Shown: positions 61,602-64,000 of the stretch, in pieces
How positions within the stretch are numbered: position 1 is the first letter of the stretch
How the letters are laid out: each line of letters begins with the position of its first letter
From: an uncultured Parachlamydiaceae bacterium
Lineage (GTDB): Bacteria; Chlamydiota; Chlamydiia; Chlamydiales; Parachlamydiaceae
Length of the DNA stretch: 64,000 bases
NCBI GenBank assembly: GCA_963752155.1
Contig: CAVVXH010000002.1
Span: 32,001-96,000, forward strand
Direction of reading: 5' to 3'
Made by a program: the position numbers and the translations under genes
Notes under the pieces: generated by a model
Told to the model about the DNA's origin: nothing
The model's database searches: none
What the model saw: the letters and a program-made list of their open reading frames with translations, nothing else

Positions 61602-62036
61602 ATAAGATAAAAGACAGCGACTATCATTTTGAGTATCAGGAAGAGCCAATTCAGGAAGATGAACAAGTCCTCTTTGAAGGGATTACTGATGAAGCTGTGC
61701 TCGAAAAAGAAAATGGATCGAATAACCCCATTCGGGATTTTTATTAAAGACTCTCATGGAGTTGTTCTTGGAGGCGTCAATGGATTTTCATGTTATGGTT
61801 GTCTCTATGTCGACATGCTTTGGTTGAAGGATGAGCTACGCAAACAAGGCCTCGGGAAGAAATTAATGACGGAAGCCGAAAAAATCGGTTATGAACGACG
61901 ATGCACATTTTCAACAGTTGATACAATGGATTGGGAGGCCCTCTCATTCTATCAAAATCTTGGCTATAGCATCGAATTCGTTCGAAAAGGTTTTGAGAAG
62001 GAATCCAAGATGTACATGTTAAGGAAAGAACTATGA
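61598..62036 (+). CDS. GNAT-family acetyltransferase (one +1 frameshift)
   Basis: LYVDMLWLKDELRKQGLG, TMDWEALSFYQNLGY; the N-terminus MNKIKDSDY joins at ~61703. Confidence 0.8.
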
Positions 62037-63796
62037 GCACGGTCAATATTCGATCCGAAATTCACCAAATTGTTTCTGCAATAAGGTCTTTAGATAGTTT
62101 GGAGGATCAGCATATTCGTTTTGTGCTTGATTGGATCGAATCTGGAAATGAAATTTTTCGAATAGAAAAACCAGCGACGCCAGATACTCACTTGGTTGCT
62201 TATTTTGTCATTGCCTCACCAGGAATGGATCAGATTTTGTTAGTGGACCATAAAAAGGCAGAACTATGGCTCCCACCTGGTGGACATGTGGATCCAGGAG
62301 AGGATCCAAAAGAAACTGTCAGAAGAGAAGCTAAAGAGGAGCTTGGAATTGACGCTGAATTTTTGTCTGATGAACCCCTTTTGCTGACTGTGACCAAGAC
62401 AGTAGGAAATGTTGCCAAACATACAGATGTATCTCTTTGGTATCTACTCAAAGGTGATCCAAGTCAAGTATTGGATTACGATCCGAATGAGTTTCATCGA
62501 ATTCATTGGTTTGGGATCGACGAGATCCCATTTGAGAAATCTGATCCTCACATGAAACGTTTCATTGAGAAAATGCTACGGGATCAGACTTGGAAATCCT
62601 ATGAGTCTTCTGCATTCGATTATGCTAAAAATGTTGAGGACTTACATCCGCATAAGGAAGCTGAAAGATTTCTATCGTTGATTCCATCTGGAGGAACCAT
62701 CATTGATATTGGATGCGGATCAGGGAGAGATGCAAATAAATTTTCTGAAAGAGGATTTCATGTTACGGGAATCGATTTTTCTCCAAGCATGATTGAGATT
62801 GCAAGAAGCAACGCACCTAAAGCCACTTTCAAGATTATCGATATGCAATCATTGAATTTAAGAGATACTTTTGATGCTGCTTGGGCAAATGCTTCTCTCT
62901 TGCATATTCCGAAAATTCACTTTCCAAAAGTTTTAGAAAATATTTGTAGCATACTGAATGACAATGGGTTGTTTTATATCAAAATGAAACAGGGGAGTCA
63001 TGAAGGGATTGAGATAGATACTCGCTATGACAATCTCCCAAAATTCTATTCCTATTTTGAAGAAAATGAGTTGAAGCAACTGTTGACTGAATCTGGATTT
63101 GATCTTCTAGATGTATTTAAGACAGGAAAGGAATCGTCATATCAAACACATCCATACGTTCACGCCTTTTGTAAAAAGGTCTCCGTAAATTTACAAAGGA
63201 AACCATGTGATTGTATGAAAGAGTCCCTGCAAATTATTTACCTCAATGGACCTTCAAGCTCTGGTAAGACAACTCTTGCAAAGGCTATCCAAAAAGAATT
63301 TGATTTGCCATTTCTACATGTTGGAATCGACCGAGTGATTGGTATGATGCCGGAGAAACTAAATAATTGGGAAGGAGAGCCAGCCCCACTAGGTTTTAGT
63401 TGGAAAGAATCTGTTGATGAGACTGGACATCTTGTTCATGAAATCCAGACAGGTCCATTTGCCAGAAAAATTGCTCAAACCTTAGTGGAAATCGTCTTAA
63501 CGATGGCAAGAATGGAACATTACATAATCATAGATGATGTTTCTTTTGGAAAGTGTCAAGTAGACATATGGAAAGATGCTTTGAAGGACTATAAAACCAT
63601 TTGGATAGGCCTTAAAGCCCCATTAGACATTTTAGAGAAAAGAGAGAAAGAGAGAGGCAATCGCATGCACGGTTCAGCGCGTGCCCAATATTTTCAGGTT
63701 CACAAAGACGTCATCTACGATCATGAATTCGACACCAGTAAAGATTCATTGGAAACCATCTTCAATGCTATCAAGGAGCGTTATGTCAGAAAATAA
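62033..63796 (+). CDS. NUDIX hydrolase / SAM methyltransferase / chloramphenicol phosphotransferase-like kinase fusion
   Basis: Nudix box GGHVDPGEDPKETVRREAKEELG; IIDIGCGSG and WANASLLH; YLNGPSSSGKTT, IIDDV, REKERGNRMHG. Confidence 0.85.
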   Translation: MSTVNIRSEIHQIVSAIRSLDSLEDQHIRFVLDWIESGNEIFRIEKPATPDTHLVAYFVIASPGMDQILLVDHKKAELWLPPGGHVDPGEDPKETVRREAKEELGIDAEFLSDEPLLLTVTKTVGNVAKHTDVSLWYLLKGDPSQVLDYDPNEFHRIHWFGIDEIPFEKSDPHMKRFIEKMLRDQTWKSYESSAFDYAKNVEDLHPHKEAERFLSLIPSGGTIIDIGCGSGRDANKFSERGFHVTGIDFSPSMIEIARSNAPKATFKIIDMQSLNLRDTFDAAWANASLLHIPKIHFPKVLENICSILNDNGLFYIKMKQGSHEGIEIDTRYDNLPKFYSYFEENELKQLLTESGFDLLDVFKTGKESSYQTHPYVHAFCKKVSVNLQRKPCDCMKESLQIIYLNGPSSSGKTTLAKAIQKEFDLPFLHVGIDRVIGMMPEKLNNWEGEPAPLGFSWKESVDETGHLVHEIQTGPFARKIAQTLVEIVLTMARMEHYIIIDDVSFGKCQVDIWKDALKDYKTIWIGLKAPLDILEKREKERGNRMHGSARAQYFQVHKDVIYDHEFDTSKDSLETIFNAIKERYVRK

Positions 63797-64000
63797 ATTG
63801 AGTAAGCATATCGTAGTCCTGCCATACAATCCTGATTGGCCGAAGATATTTGAGGCAGAATCGCAGAAAATAAAAAATGCCTTAGGTGACAATTGTATAG
63901 CTATTCATCATATTGGTTCCACGTCTGTGCCAGATCTTTCTGCGAAACCGGTCATTGATATGATTTTGGTAATAAAAGATCCAGAAAAGGTCACTCAACA
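63783..64000 (+). CDS. GrpB (UPF0157) family nucleotidyltransferase-fold protein, partial
   Basis: My translation: MSENKLSKHIVVLPYNPDWPKIFEAE...IHHIGSTSVPDLSAKPVIDM; runs off the window end. Confidence 0.85.
   Translation, partial: MSENKLSKHIVVLPYNPDWPKIFEAESQKIKNALGDNCIAIHHIGSTSVPDLSAKPVIDMILVIKDPEKVTQ

Overview
This window looks like part of an environmental Chlamydiota (Parachlamydiales-like) chromosome. The taxon is inferred from the TopA-SWIB fusion next to dprA and ispD and from a chlamydial-type OppC with a long insertion. Bases 1-33.7 kb hold housekeeping and accessory host genes: nfeD-floA, yggS, a yccA-like gene, vapBC, a TrxB-like gene, oppC, suhB, murJ, a MoxR/Bat operon, ispD-topA-dprA and a CPA1 antiporter. 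The same segment has two ATPase-wHTH-nuclease paralogues with phased upstream palindromes, small MITE/REP-like hairpins, and two copies of a composite repeat containing a GxxExxY remnant. At about 33,702 there is an abrupt junction where a host ORF and an unannotated parA fragment are both cut off. A foreign segment follows. It has an RHH gene, an APH gene, arrays of 8-bp-phased CCAN/NTGG boxes resembling a type Ib partition centromere, and a 22-kb myovirus-type virion operon running from portal to capsid, neck, sheath/tube, a very short tape measure, baseplate and fibres. No terminase, integrase, replication or lysis gene for it is visible in this window. An AbiE toxin-antitoxin pair lies where the terminase would normally be, followed by MarR, GNAT, NUDIX and GrpB cargo. 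One ~90-aa domain is inserted four times, into the head-decoration, sheath and baseplate proteins. Single-base frameshifts cluster at 55.8-61.8 kb and may be sequencing errors. All family calls come from motif recognition and gene order, not database searches.
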